Source of the DNA: an uncultured Pseudomonadales bacterium
GTDB lineage: Bacteria > Pseudomonadota > Gammaproteobacteria > Pseudomonadales > JAUIET01
Assembly: GCA_964352475.1 (NCBI GenBank)
Contig: CAYGSL010000023.1
Span: forward strand, 1 to 57,386
Direction of reading: 5' to 3'
Length of the DNA stretch: 57,386 nt
In this document: piece after piece, positions 18,568 through 28,673 of the stretch
How positions within the stretch are numbered: the first letter of the stretch is position 1
Layout: each line of letters starts with the position of its first letter
The notes under the pieces: model-generated
What the model was told of the DNA's origin: nothing
Database searches by the model: none
What the model saw: only the letters and a program-made list of their open reading frames with translations
Position numbers and translations under genes: made by a program

Positions 18568-19092
18568 ATGAAAAATCAAACTGCCAAGCGAATATATGTT
18601 TGTCTGATGACAGGCTTACTCTCTGTCTTTGCGTTCATCGGTACAACTCACGCTGAGCCCGGCAAGCACTTTGACGCCGACAAGCAAGGCCGAATGTTCG
18701 AGCGCATAGCCAAGCGTCTTGATCTCACCGAAGAGCAGCAAACAGCGGTTGAACAGCTGCGCGAACAATTTCGTGCCGAACAGAAACCGCTTAAAGAGCA
18801 ACTAAAGGCTACCCGCGATGAATTGAAAGGTTTATCTACTGTTGATAATTATGATGAAGATGCCGTTGCCGATCTCGCCGACCAACTCGGTGAACTCACC
18901 CGGGACCTTGCGGTAGGCCATGCGAGTTTCAGAAACCAGCTGCAACTGTTGCTTACAGACGAGCAGCGTGCGCAAATGGCAGAGTTTCATGAAGAGATGG
19001 GTGGCAGAATGGAGCGCAAGGCGCGCAAAATGGAAAAGCGCAAAGAACGAATGGAGCGGCGCCAGGCCCGACATGAGGCCTATTCTGAATAA
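18568..19092 (+). CDS. Spy/CpxP family periplasmic chaperone
   Basis: Signal peptide; two LTxxQ motifs (LDLTEEQ, LLTDEQR). Confidence 0.88.
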   Translation: MKNQTAKRIYVCLMTGLLSVFAFIGTTHAEPGKHFDADKQGRMFERIAKRLDLTEEQQTAVEQLREQFRAEQKPLKEQLKATRDELKGLSTVDNYDEDAVADLADQLGELTRDLAVGHASFRNQLQLLLTDEQRAQMAEFHEEMGGRMERKARKMEKRKERMERRQARHEAYSE

Positions 19093-19225
19093 GTTGTTTT
19101 TTTGTACGATTCTGAACATGGCGCTTGAGCAAAGTCTGCAAGCGCTACGCTTCTGAGTTAGAATCTTTTTGCAATGGCTGTCGCATCGATGGCGTATGAC
19201 TCGTTTCTAACTCAGGATATTTACC

Positions 19226-20101
19226 ATGAACCGAACACTTGGCCTATTTGCTGCCATTATTCTCACCGCCTGCCAAACCGGAAGCGGTGTATCTGACCAA
19301 GAAGCCCAACAAGCGGCTGCAAGCACAGCTCTGGCGGCGTCGCTTGCGGCACAGAGTGAAGAAGTACGCGCGCGCTATGATCAGCGACACCCTCAGGAAA
19401 CGCTGGAGTTCTTTGGTATTCAGCCGGGTATGACGGTTGTTGAGGCATTGCCTGGTGGCGGTTGGTATTCAAAAATATTGCTGCAATACCTTGGAACAGA
19501 AGGCAGCTTGCTGGGTGCGGATTACCCGATCAGTTTGTATTCAAATTTCGGCTTTATGACTCCCGAAAGGTTGAAAGCCAAGGAAACCTGGATTGCAGAT
19601 TGGTCGGCGGGCGCCAGAGAGTGGGGCGTTGCAAACAGTGCGGCCATAGACGCATTTGTGCTGGGCGACTTACCCGAGAGCATGCACGGCAGCGCGGATG
19701 CCGTGTTGTTTGTGCGCGCATTACATAACTTGGCGCGCTTTTCAGACAACGTAGATTACCTTGGCCAGGCGATTGCAGACGCCCATACAGTATTGAAACC
19801 AGGCGGAATCGTGGGCGTTGTTCAACACCATGGTGCTGAAGACATGCCAGATGACTGGGCGACTGGATTAAATGGCTACCTTAAAAAGTCATTTGTAATT
19901 GCTCAATTCGAAGCGAACGGATTTGAGTTAGTTGCGGAAAGTGACATTAATGCAAACGCTAAAGACCAGCCTACAAGCAGTGACTTCGTCTGGCGACTAC
20001 CACCTAGCTTGCAAACCAGCCGTGAAAACCCTGAATTGATGGAGCAATTGAAAGAAGTGGGTGAGTCAAACCGCATGACGTTGAAGTTCAAAAAAATATA
20101 G
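19226..20101 (+). CDS. Class I SAM-methyltransferase-like lipoprotein (COG4798-like)
   Basis: Lipobox LTAC; RHPQETLEFFGIQPGMTVVE..PGGGWY, LKPGG..GVVQH, SDINAN.KD, VWRLPP, GESNRMTLKF. Confidence 0.8.
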   Translation: MNRTLGLFAAIILTACQTGSGVSDQEAQQAAASTALAASLAAQSEEVRARYDQRHPQETLEFFGIQPGMTVVEALPGGGWYSKILLQYLGTEGSLLGADYPISLYSNFGFMTPERLKAKETWIADWSAGAREWGVANSAAIDAFVLGDLPESMHGSADAVLFVRALHNLARFSDNVDYLGQAIADAHTVLKPGGIVGVVQHHGAEDMPDDWATGLNGYLKKSFVIAQFEANGFELVAESDINANAKDQPTSSDFVWRLPPSLQTSRENPELMEQLKEVGESNRMTLKFKKI

Positions 20102-20134
20102 GCGGGCAATTATTCTCTGGGTGAGCAATAGCTC

Positions 20135-20986
20135 ATGAACGTATCCATGCAAAACAAAGTAGTTCTGGTCACCGGGGGCGCATCCGGGATTGGGGCTGCT
20201 ATTGCGCAAGAGTTCGCACGACAAGGCGCTGAGGTGATCATTGCCGACAATAGTCAGGCGAGAATCGATAGCTTTAACACCGTTTGCAATGAGAATGGTA
20301 TATCTGTTCAAGCAAATCTTTGCGATGTAACTGTATCTGGCGAAGTGAAATCGCTGATGTTGGATATCAGTGATCGGTTTTCAAAACTCGATGTTCTGGT
20401 AAACAACGTGGGAGATTTTCTGGGCACCGTCAAACCATTTGAAAAAATGACAGATGACGACATAGACAATCTGTTTACGGTGAACCTGCGCCAGCTAATG
20501 GTGTGCAGTCGCGACGCGATACCTTTGATCCGTGCAGCAGGCGCGGGCAGCGCAATTATCAATATCTCCTCAATAGAGGGTTATAGGGCGATGCCAAACA
20601 TAGCGCCGTATGGGGCGTATAAACTAGGTATTGAAGGGTTCACCAAAAGTCTTGCGCTGGAGCTGGCTCCGGCAGGCATTCGTGTTAACGCGATAGCACC
20701 TGAAACCACAGAGACCGAGCAAGTAAGACCGAAAGACTGGATCGTCAAAGACGACTACGAACGCCCTAACCATTGGATACCATTGGGCAGGTTTGGCCTG
20801 CCCAGCGATATTGCTGGCTGTGCACTTTTTCTGGCAAGCGAGTTGTCGGCTTGGGTCACAGGTACCGTCATTCACTGTGACGGTGGCGCCTTGGCGGCCG
20901 CTGGTTGGTATCAAACCCCAGAGGGAGGTTGGACCAATACACCCATTGTTGATCGAAGCGGTATTCCGTCAATGGTGGTTGATTAG
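20135..20986 (+). CDS. Short-chain dehydrogenase/reductase
   Basis: TGGASGIG, LVNNVG, SS, YGAYK, IRVNAIAP. Confidence 0.92.
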   Translation: MNVSMQNKVVLVTGGASGIGAAIAQEFARQGAEVIIADNSQARIDSFNTVCNENGISVQANLCDVTVSGEVKSLMLDISDRFSKLDVLVNNVGDFLGTVKPFEKMTDDDIDNLFTVNLRQLMVCSRDAIPLIRAAGAGSAIINISSIEGYRAMPNIAPYGAYKLGIEGFTKSLALELAPAGIRVNAIAPETTETEQVRPKDWIVKDDYERPNHWIPLGRFGLPSDIAGCALFLASELSAWVTGTVIHCDGGALAAAGWYQTPEGGWTNTPIVDRSGIPSMVVD

Positions 20987-21027
20987 ATTCAGCTGCAGTC
21001 TTATCGCACAAGCATTACGCTAACGCA

Positions 21028-23472
21028 CTACTCATATCTTAACGATCGGATCGGCGGAAGTCTGGCTACCTTGAAAGCGTGCAGACTGACAATCATCCAG
21101 GCTGTTGCAATGCCAATAACACCAGCAACAAGCAGCACGGGAATAAGTGTGTCGATTTTGTCGGCAAAGAAGCCAAGATAAATGGAGCTTGCGAAATAAG
21201 CTGCGGGAATGGAAACCAACAGAGACCAAACCACTGGAATCGAAAACTGCCAAATTAGCAGGTAGGCTACCTGACTTGCTTTAGCACCGAGTACTTTACG
21301 AATGCCTATTTCCTTGGTGCGTCGTTCCGCCATAAAAGCGGCCAGACCAAACAAGCCGATTAGCGCGAGACTCAAGGCGATGGCGGCAAATCCTGAAAGC
21401 GTCATGCTCATTGCGCGAATAATCTTATAGGTTTCTTCAAACACTTCGTCCAGAAAGCGGCGCTGTATCGGATAGTCTGGAATCACGTCGTTCCAGGTGT
21501 TTTCAATATCGGCCAGTGTTTCATTCAGGTTTGCGGTGTTTAATCGAATTGACGCATGTGAGCGCCAGTCATCGCTGAACATAAATATCATCGGTTTGAT
21601 TGTGTTGTGAAGCCCCAGAAAATTCTGGTCTTCAACAACACCAATCACCGAATAGTCATACTGTTTGAATTCATCCTGCTTACTATCAGATGATTGTATG
21701 TTGTAGAAGGTTTTACCAATCGCTTGTTGCGCTGCACCTAGACCCAGCCTGGCCGCAGCCGTTTCATTGATAATCACGTTTACCTGACCGGGCTCATCTG
21801 TGCGTTTGTCATTTGCGTAGTCAAGGCTGTACTCGCGGCCAGCAAGTAGCGGAATGTTATAGGTACTGAGGAAATCCGCATCAACCCTTACCTGATTGAT
21901 TGAAATTTCTGCAGACTTGTCGCCGCGTGTGGGCGTTATGGGAAACGTACTATTGCTTTGGTCAAAAGGCACCTGGCTTGAGTAGCTTACGTCTTTTACT
22001 CCTTTCACATTGAGTAACTGCTGCTTCAAGGATTCGTGTCTGGCTCTAGTGCCCTCTATATCCAGGCGATCAAGCACGAGAACCTCATCTCTTGGGTAGA
22101 TGTAACTGGATTCCTGCATTTTTTCGCCTTGAAACAGCATCACCATAACCATGGCTAACATGAAGGTGGACATTGCAAACTGTAAACCAATCATAGTGCT
22201 GCGAAAGCGACCACCACTGCTGCCCAGCGCGTTATTGTTCTTCAAACTGTCTACGGGCTTTACGCCAGCTATTTGATAGGCTGGGTAGGCACCTGCGATC
22301 AGGCCAACGGCGAGCGCAACCAACAGCAGTAGCGGAAGAGTTTCCAGGTAGTAAATTTGTACGGCTTTGTCCAGAGCGTGGTTATACCAGGGTATGATCA
22401 ATTCAATTGCAGCTACAGCGATTAACAAGGCCAATACAGCGGTTGTTAAACTCTCGACTAAAAACTGTATTAGCAGCTGATTGCGGCTTGCACCAAAACT
22501 TTTGCGCAAGCCTACTTCCCTGGTGCGACTAAAGCTTTGCGCTGTTGCAAGATTCGTGTAATTGACACAAGCGATTAACAATACCATCAAGCCCAAAAGC
22601 CGCACTGATTCGATAATAGGCATACCAATGGCGTCAAATAAAATTGTATTCGCCTCCACCAATGGCCGAGCTCTGAACGTCGCGATAAAGTCCTTGCGTT
22701 CTTGATTCAGGTGTTCTTCGTACAATGCATCAACGCGCTGCTGCAGCCATCGTTGATCGTATTGCGTAGGTAAAAGTACGTACGTTCGATTTCCAAACGA
22801 GATATTGTTCCATTCGCCTTCCATTGAATAGTCCGCAATCTGCTTAAGTGCAGCAAAAGGGGCAATGAACTCAAGCTGGCTGTCATCAATCAACGCAGAA
22901 TTGAAATGGCTGTCTTTGCCGATGTCTTCAAACACGGCGCCAACGGTCATGCTGTGTTCGTGATCCAATTCCAATTGAGCGCCCACCACATCCGTTCGAC
23001 CAAAGTACTTTTCCGCAGCCGACCTTGAGAGAATGACTGACGTTGGGTTGTGAATAACACTGGCGTCACCGGCGATGTAGTCCAGGCGAAAAATCTTCGT
23101 AAAATCCGTATCAACGAATTTGATGCTTTGGTAGTAGTTATTAGCCTCTACCGTGACCAGGTATTCCCTGTCAATGCTGCGAGCCAATGCCTCAAGCTCC
23201 GGCTCTTGTGCGCGAAACAATGGGCCGAAAGCGCTTTGAACGGCGTCAATCGACCGAACACCTATGTCGGCCGATTTGGTAAATTCAACGCCAATGAAGT
23301 AGATCTGATCACGGTTTTCGAACATGTAATCGTGATTGGTTTCATAGCGTGCCAATAAAAGGCTGAGCAGGAATACAGTGAGTCCAATAGCCAACCCCAA
23401 AACATTGATTGCCGCATAAAAGCGATGCTTTAACAGATTTCGCAGTGCTACTTTTATGTAACTTAGCAACAT
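21028..23472 (-). CDS. ABC transporter permease, MacB/FtsX double-domain
   Basis: KVALRNL..INVLGLAIG, ACVNYTNL..R.REVGLRK..GA, RRTKEIGIRKVLGA, PIRSLRYE. Confidence 0.9.
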   Translation of the reverse strand: MLLSYIKVALRNLLKHRFYAAINVLGLAIGLTVFLLSLLLARYETNHDYMFENRDQIYFIGVEFTKSADIGVRSIDAVQSAFGPLFRAQEPELEALARSIDREYLVTVEANNYYQSIKFVDTDFTKIFRLDYIAGDASVIHNPTSVILSRSAAEKYFGRTDVVGAQLELDHEHSMTVGAVFEDIGKDSHFNSALIDDSQLEFIAPFAALKQIADYSMEGEWNNISFGNRTYVLLPTQYDQRWLQQRVDALYEEHLNQERKDFIATFRARPLVEANTILFDAIGMPIIESVRLLGLMVLLIACVNYTNLATAQSFSRTREVGLRKSFGASRNQLLIQFLVESLTTAVLALLIAVAAIELIIPWYNHALDKAVQIYYLETLPLLLLVALAVGLIAGAYPAYQIAGVKPVDSLKNNNALGSSGGRFRSTMIGLQFAMSTFMLAMVMVMLFQGEKMQESSYIYPRDEVLVLDRLDIEGTRARHESLKQQLLNVKGVKDVSYSSQVPFDQSNSTFPITPTRGDKSAEISINQVRVDADFLSTYNIPLLAGREYSLDYANDKRTDEPGQVNVIINETAAARLGLGAAQQAIGKTFYNIQSSDSKQDEFKQYDYSVIGVVEDQNFLGLHNTIKPMIFMFSDDWRSHASIRLNTANLNETLADIENTWNDVIPDYPIQRRFLDEVFEETYKIIRAMSMTLSGFAAIALSLALIGLFGLAAFMAERRTKEIGIRKVLGAKASQVAYLLIWQFSIPVVWSLLVSIPAAYFASSIYLGFFADKIDTLIPVLLVAGVIGIATAWMIVSLHAFKVARLPPIRSLRYE

Positions 23473-23483
23473 ACCAAGACTCC

Positions 23484-24167
23484 TCAGGACACGGCGCGCA
23501 GGTTTTCAACAACCACACGACCGTCAAATAAGTTAATAGTACGTTTGGCATAATCAGCGTGTGAAGCCGAATGCGTAACCATGATGATGGTTTTGCCTTC
23601 ATCGTTTAGAGCGCGCAACATTTCCATCACTTCCTGGCCATGGCGACTGTCAAGGTTTCCGGTGGGTTCGTCAGCAAGAATAATGGATTGTTCACCCACC
23701 ACGGCTCTAGCAACCGCAACACGCTGCTGTTGACCGCCGGAAAGTTGGCTAGGGCGGTGACCAGCGCGATGCGCAATGCCTATTTTGTCCATAACCGCAG
23801 CCACTCTGTGCTTTCTCTCTGCAGCAGAAATGTTGTGATAGAGAAGCGCCAGCTCAATGTTTTCCCGCACGCTTAATTCATCAATTAGATTGAAACTCTG
23901 GAAGACAAAACCAATATTGTGCTTTCGTAGTTCGCTCAACTGGTTTTCAGACTGCGTGCTTATATCCTTGCCATTGAAAATATATTGCCCGCTGTTTGCC
24001 ACGTCCAACATACCTACAACATTCAGCAGAGATGATTTCCCACAGCCAGAGGGGCCCATAATGGCAACGAATTCACCGGCTTCAATGTCTATATTGACCG
24101 CATCCAATGCGACTGTTTCGATATCGTCGGTGCGATATACTTTTGAGAGTTCCTGTAACTTGATCAT
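23484..24167 (-). CDS. ABC transporter ATP-binding protein (LolD/MacB-like)
   Basis: GPSGCGKS, LSGGQQQRVA, ILADEPTGNLD, MVTH. Confidence 0.95.
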   Translation of the reverse strand: MIKLQELSKVYRTDDIETVALDAVNIDIEAGEFVAIMGPSGCGKSSLLNVVGMLDVANSGQYIFNGKDISTQSENQLSELRKHNIGFVFQSFNLIDELSVRENIELALLYHNISAAERKHRVAAVMDKIGIAHRAGHRPSQLSGGQQQRVAVARAVVGEQSIILADEPTGNLDSRHGQEVMEMLRALNDEGKTIIMVTHSASHADYAKRTINLFDGRVVVENLRAVS

Positions 24168-24218
24168 GCAAATTTCCTATCGATAATCCACTGTTGTTAC
24201 TAAATCTTGGGCATAGCG

Positions 24219-25547
24219 CTAAGAGTCGTTGAGCTTGAGTCGCTCAACGTCTCCGAATGCAGCGTAGGAAGAAACAAGCACACGCTCTCCCTGCTCCAGA
24301 CCAGACACCACTTCTATATAGTTCTTGTTTCTTCGCCCTAAGGTTACCGAGCGCTTAACGGCTTCAGTTCCATCACTGTTCACTACAAATACCCAGCGAC
24401 CCCCCGAGTCCTGAAAGAAGTTTCCGTTCGGAATAATCAGTGCCTGCGTTGAATTGCCCAGCGTCAGTTGCGCTTGCAAGGTTTGCCCGCGTCTAATGCC
24501 CGAAGGTGCAGAATCTCCAAACAATAGATCAACGTCGAATCGACCATTGCTAACATCCGGATATATTTTGGAAACTGTCAGTTGGTAGTTGTCACCTTCG
24601 TGTTCCAAACTGACCGTTTGATCAAGGCTGACACGACCAAGATAATACTCATCAATTTCGGCCTTGAGCTTGAACTCATCTGGGCTGTCTATCTGGCCAA
24701 TGCGCTCGCCTCTGTTAATGCTCTGGCCAACCTCCAGGTTGAATCCAGAAAGCCGGCCAGCTACCGGGGCAGCTACATTAAGATCGTCAAGGCTCTTGCG
24801 TGCAAATGCCAGGTTGTCTTCCATGATGCCATTCTTTTCCGCGATGAAGGTCAGTTGGGAACGCATCATTTTTTCATCCGACGCCTGACTTTCAATGGTG
24901 ACGGCTTTTCTTTGCTCGTAGTAGTCCAGTTCATCTACGAAGGCATCGTATTCTGCCTGTGATATATGCTTTTTCTTTAGCAGCTCTTTCTGCCTGGCCA
25001 GGTCACGCCGCAAGCGCAGAATGTTGTATCTAATCTCTACTAGGGCACGCTTATGTCCCAGCCTGTTTTGTTCCAGCCTCAATTCCTGGTCGCGCATTGC
25101 ATTTAACTGTTCCATGACTCTGGATTCAGTATTCATAACACTGAGCTGCAAATCTGAGTTTGATAATCGCACTAGCTGTTGCTCAGCGCTGATCAATGCG
25201 CCATCTTCTATTAACACTTCCTCAACTCTGCCACCCTGCACAACGTCCAGATAAACTGTGCTCAAGGGCACAACTTGGCCACGCAATGGAATGTTGTCTT
25301 CAAATAATCCGCTCTTAACCGTGGCAATGCGTTGGCGCTCGCCATTAATGGTTAGAGAACGGCCTTGCATAGCGAACTGGTACAGGAAGTAAGCGGCAAC
25401 ACCGAGCACCAACAGTACAGCGGTTCCTTTTAGCCATTTGCTTGGGCCGCGCCGCTCAATTTTTCTATCCATACCAGAAGTCTGAGTAGCAGTTAGGGTT
25501 GATGGCTCTTTGATTGGAGCGGCAATTTTCAGATCGTTTGTTTTCAT
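24219..25547 (-). CDS. Periplasmic adaptor (membrane fusion) protein
   Basis: MDRKI, TM, GGRVEEV biotinyl-like domain, coiled coil, VEVVSGL..GERV; true start may be 25472 given the sigma54 promoter position. Confidence 0.88.
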   Translation of the reverse strand: MKTNDLKIAAPIKEPSTLTATQTSGMDRKIERRGPSKWLKGTAVLLVLGVAAYFLYQFAMQGRSLTINGERQRIATVKSGLFEDNIPLRGQVVPLSTVYLDVVQGGRVEEVLIEDGALISAEQQLVRLSNSDLQLSVMNTESRVMEQLNAMRDQELRLEQNRLGHKRALVEIRYNILRLRRDLARQKELLKKKHISQAEYDAFVDELDYYEQRKAVTIESQASDEKMMRSQLTFIAEKNGIMEDNLAFARKSLDDLNVAAPVAGRLSGFNLEVGQSINRGERIGQIDSPDEFKLKAEIDEYYLGRVSLDQTVSLEHEGDNYQLTVSKIYPDVSNGRFDVDLLFGDSAPSGIRRGQTLQAQLTLGNSTQALIIPNGNFFQDSGGRWVFVVNSDGTEAVKRSVTLGRRNKNYIEVVSGLEQGERVLVSSYAAFGDVERLKLNDS

Positions 25548-25558
25548 ATGGTTCTACT

Positions 25559-25574
25559 ATCAATCGTCGTGCCA
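25559..25574 (-). promoter_or_regulatory. sigma54 (-24/-12) promoter of the exporter operon
   Basis: Minus strand TGGCAC-GACGA-TTGAT (GA at -12 instead of GC); adjacent to a sigma54 activator gene. Confidence 0.65.
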
Positions 25575-25625
25575 GTTATTAACTAATTGAAATATATAGA
25601 AATTATGTTTGTGAGAGATGAAGTG

Positions 25626-25685
25626 TGTCCATTATCGAACACTGGCTATGGCCGATTCCGAACATCTACTGTACGATAACGAACA
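25626..25685. promoter_or_regulatory. Three TGT-N10-ACA-type enhancer sites
   Basis: TGTCCATTATCGAACA (25626-41), TGGCCGATTCCGAACA (25649-64), TGTACGATAACGAACA (25670-85). Confidence 0.65.
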
Positions 25686-25705
25686 CTTACTAGTGGTTTA
25701 CTGAC

Positions 25706-27106
25706 GTGCATACCGAATCCAAGATTCTCATCGTTGATGACGACAAGGACATTCTGACCGCGAGCAAATTATTGCTGAAGCGCCACGTAGACCAGGTTGT
25801 CACCTGCGCCTGGCCGAGTGAATTAACCGAGCTTATGCATGCGCATCAATTTGATGCCATTTTGCTGGATATGAATTTCTCTCCCGGCGACAGTAGTGGG
25901 GCTGAGGGCCTGTATTGGCTGCAGGAAATCTTGAAGTCCGACGCTGATGCTGTGGTGATAATGGTGACCGCACACGGCGGCCTGGACATTGCTGTTGAAG
26001 CAATGAAATACGGCGCTACTGACTTCATCGCAAAACCTTGGCAGAACGAAAAGCTAATCGCCACATTGTCTGCAGCTATGAAGCTGAGAGCTACTCGTTC
26101 CGAGGCAAAGCAACTCAAGCTCAGCAATGAAGCCCTGGCTGAGGTGTCTGGCGCATCACAAGCAATGATTGCCGACAGCGCTGCAATGCAGCAGGTGAAC
26201 TCCTTGATAGCGCGCGCGGCACCCACGGATGCAAACGTGTTGATACTTGGTGAAAACGGCACCGGCAAAGAGTTGGCTGCAAGAGCCGTACACGCGCAGA
26301 GCACGCGCGCCTCAAACGTGTTTATGGCAATTGATCTTGGGTCTGTCGCAGAGAATCTGTTTGAGTCGGAACTGTTTGGGCACAAGAAAGGCGCATTCAG
26401 TGGCGCTGATCGCGACCGCGTTGGTCGTTTACAGGCAGCGGATAAAGGCACTTTGTTTTTGGACGAGATAGGTAATATCCCTTTGTCTCTGCAAGCTAAA
26501 TTACTCACTGTACTGGAACAACGCCGGTTCACACCGGTTGGTAGCAATAGCAGTGTGCCATTTGACGTGAGAGTGATTGCGGCCACCAACGTGCCACGAG
26601 ACGTGTTGTATGGAAAAAGTGATTTTCGCGAAGACCTATTGTTCAGATTGAATACTGTGGAGATATCGCTACCTGCACTGAGAGAACGTCGTGACGATAT
26701 CCTTACTATCGCAAATCACTACGCCAAATTTTATGCGCGGAAGTATCGAAAACCCTCGCGAGAATTGTCAGAACAAGCGGCAGTCAGTGCAAGTAACTAT
26801 GATTGGCCGGGTAACGTTCGTGCTTTGCGACATGCAATTGAACGCGCAGTCATACTTGCCGAGGGCGAGTTTCTAGAGGCAGAAGATCTGCAGTTGCAAA
26901 ACACCCATTCAACACTTGTTGATAAGCGGCCAGAAGCAAATGCTCAAACGGAGCAACTGCAAGCAGATTTCAATCTTGAACGCATAGAGAAGAATACCAT
27001 TCAAGCTGCGTTACAGAGCCATGCGTACAATATTAGCCACACCGCCAAGGAGCTTGGTTTAACCAGGGCGGCTTTATATAGACGCATGGAAAAGCATGGG
27101 CTTTAA
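25706..27106 (+). CDS. sigma54-dependent response regulator (REC-AAA+-Fis HTH)
   Basis: ILIVDDD, LLDMNF, GENGTGKE, ESELFGHKKGAFSGA, LFLDEIG, WPGNVR.L, LGLTRAALYRR. Confidence 0.94.
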   Translation: MHTESKILIVDDDKDILTASKLLLKRHVDQVVTCAWPSELTELMHAHQFDAILLDMNFSPGDSSGAEGLYWLQEILKSDADAVVIMVTAHGGLDIAVEAMKYGATDFIAKPWQNEKLIATLSAAMKLRATRSEAKQLKLSNEALAEVSGASQAMIADSAAMQQVNSLIARAAPTDANVLILGENGTGKELAARAVHAQSTRASNVFMAIDLGSVAENLFESELFGHKKGAFSGADRDRVGRLQAADKGTLFLDEIGNIPLSLQAKLLTVLEQRRFTPVGSNSSVPFDVRVIAATNVPRDVLYGKSDFREDLLFRLNTVEISLPALRERRDDILTIANHYAKFYARKYRKPSRELSEQAAVSASNYDWPGNVRALRHAIERAVILAEGEFLEAEDLQLQNTHSTLVDKRPEANAQTEQLQADFNLERIEKNTIQAALQSHAYNISHTAKELGLTRAALYRRMEKHGL

Positions 27107-28478
27107 ACAATTTTCAGTTCTTGTCAGCATTCGAATAGGGCTGCTGGCACTAATTCTGTTTGTACTCGCCCTGACGATTGTGGGAGGTCACTATCCGGTC
27201 GCTGCATTCCTGTTGAGCCTGTTTGTAATATTGCAAACAGTTGAAGTGATTCGCTTTGTTCGCAAGACGAATAACGATCTCCAGCGCTTTCTGGACTCGG
27301 CCCGCTACGCAGACTTCAGTCAGCGCTTTAGCGCTCAGGTAACGGGTAGTGGTTTTGAAGAGTTAAATCAGGTGTTCAGCGATATTCTCCAGCGGTTCGA
27401 AGAAAACCGACATAGCAAGGAACAAGAATTACGCTACCTGAAAGCGCTCATTGAGCACGTACCCGTGCCGTCTTTATCATTGCATGCCGATGGCAGCGTC
27501 AGCTTCAACAACAACGCAGCAAGACGCCTGTTTGGCAATACGCTGGTAACACGAGTAGAACATTTCGACCAGTTCTCACCCGGTGCTTCCCAGTTGCTCA
27601 GCTCTCTACCGGTAGGGCAACGCGATCTGGTCACGCTAAAAATCGATGACCTGGAAAAACAATTCACTGTTGCCGCAGCGCAAGTCTCCGTTGGTGAACG
27701 TGTTGTTAAGCTCGTTAGTCTGCAGGATATTCAACCGGAATTAGACGAGGCACAGTTGGATGCCTGGCAAGCTTTGGTGCGCGTTCTAACCCACGAAATC
27801 ATGAACAGTATTACGCCCATCAGTTCGTTGGCTTCCACTACTACCGAAATGATTCGTGATGCCAGTGACAAGGCAACACAACTGGACAATAGTGCACCTG
27901 CCAATGCAATTCGAGAAGAGCTTGATGACGTGCGCGAAGCCGTCGATACTATTGCGCATCGCTCTGATAGCCTGACGCAATTCGTTCAGAGTTATCGCAA
28001 GCTAACTCGTTTGCCTCAACCTGATCGTAGAACCATCAAGTTGGAAGATATTTTCGACTCAATCAAAGCGCTGATGACGAGCGAGGCAGAGCAAGCCAAC
28101 GTTACGCTTACTTCTTCGTTATCACCAATGAGCCTAGAGCTGAACGCTGATCGAGACATGCTTGAGCAAGTGCTTATAAATCTTCTTCGAAACTCTTTCC
28201 AGGCCATTGAAACTAGTAAAGCGATTACAAAAGCTAAGGTGGAGTTGCTTGGCAGAATAAATAAGCGCGGCAACATTGTTATTGAGGTAGTGGACAATGG
28301 CCCTGGTATAGAAAGCGAAATTGTCAGCAGTGTGTTTGTACCATTCTTTACAACCAAAAGAGATGGTTCCGGAGTTGGGCTTGCGTTAACACGTCAGATC
28401 ATGACCGCGCATGGGGGGACCGTGTCTATTGGTGAGAGCGGCGCAGATGCTGGCACGCGCATAATGTTGACGTTTTAG
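27096..28478 (+). CDS. Sensor histidine kinase (NtrY-like)
   Basis: 2 TM, PAS-like region, VLTHEIMNSITPI, EQVLINLLRN, DNGPGI, PFFTTK..GSGVGL. Confidence 0.92.
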   Translation: MGFKQFSVLVSIRIGLLALILFVLALTIVGGHYPVAAFLLSLFVILQTVEVIRFVRKTNNDLQRFLDSARYADFSQRFSAQVTGSGFEELNQVFSDILQRFEENRHSKEQELRYLKALIEHVPVPSLSLHADGSVSFNNNAARRLFGNTLVTRVEHFDQFSPGASQLLSSLPVGQRDLVTLKIDDLEKQFTVAAAQVSVGERVVKLVSLQDIQPELDEAQLDAWQALVRVLTHEIMNSITPISSLASTTTEMIRDASDKATQLDNSAPANAIREELDDVREAVDTIAHRSDSLTQFVQSYRKLTRLPQPDRRTIKLEDIFDSIKALMTSEAEQANVTLTSSLSPMSLELNADRDMLEQVLINLLRNSFQAIETSKAITKAKVELLGRINKRGNIVIEVVDNGPGIESEIVSSVFVPFFTTKRDGSGVGLALTRQIMTAHGGTVSIGESGADAGTRIMLTF

Positions 28479-28673
28479 TTTTGGAATAGAATAAACGTAG
28501 GTATTTCGGTGACTTTCACTGATTGCTATTGGTACAGAGCAGCCTTCAAGATTGGTTGGTCCGGAACGAGTATTTAGAGCTATCGGGAGCAAACCAGACA
28601 TGTTTACTATTTCTATTGATCTCTACGCACACATTTCTCACTTCAGGCGCTTTGATTGTTAGAATGCATCCCT

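Noticed and set aside
25626-25685. CRISPR-like short repeats
   Set aside because: Only three degenerate 16-mers with 5-7 nt gaps and no cas genes; better explained as activator binding sites
25846-26589. 247-aa antisense ORF, and similar shadow ORFs such as 1771-2334, 5525-6049 and 53175-53681
   Set aside because: Antisense to well-supported genes, with no independent coding signal
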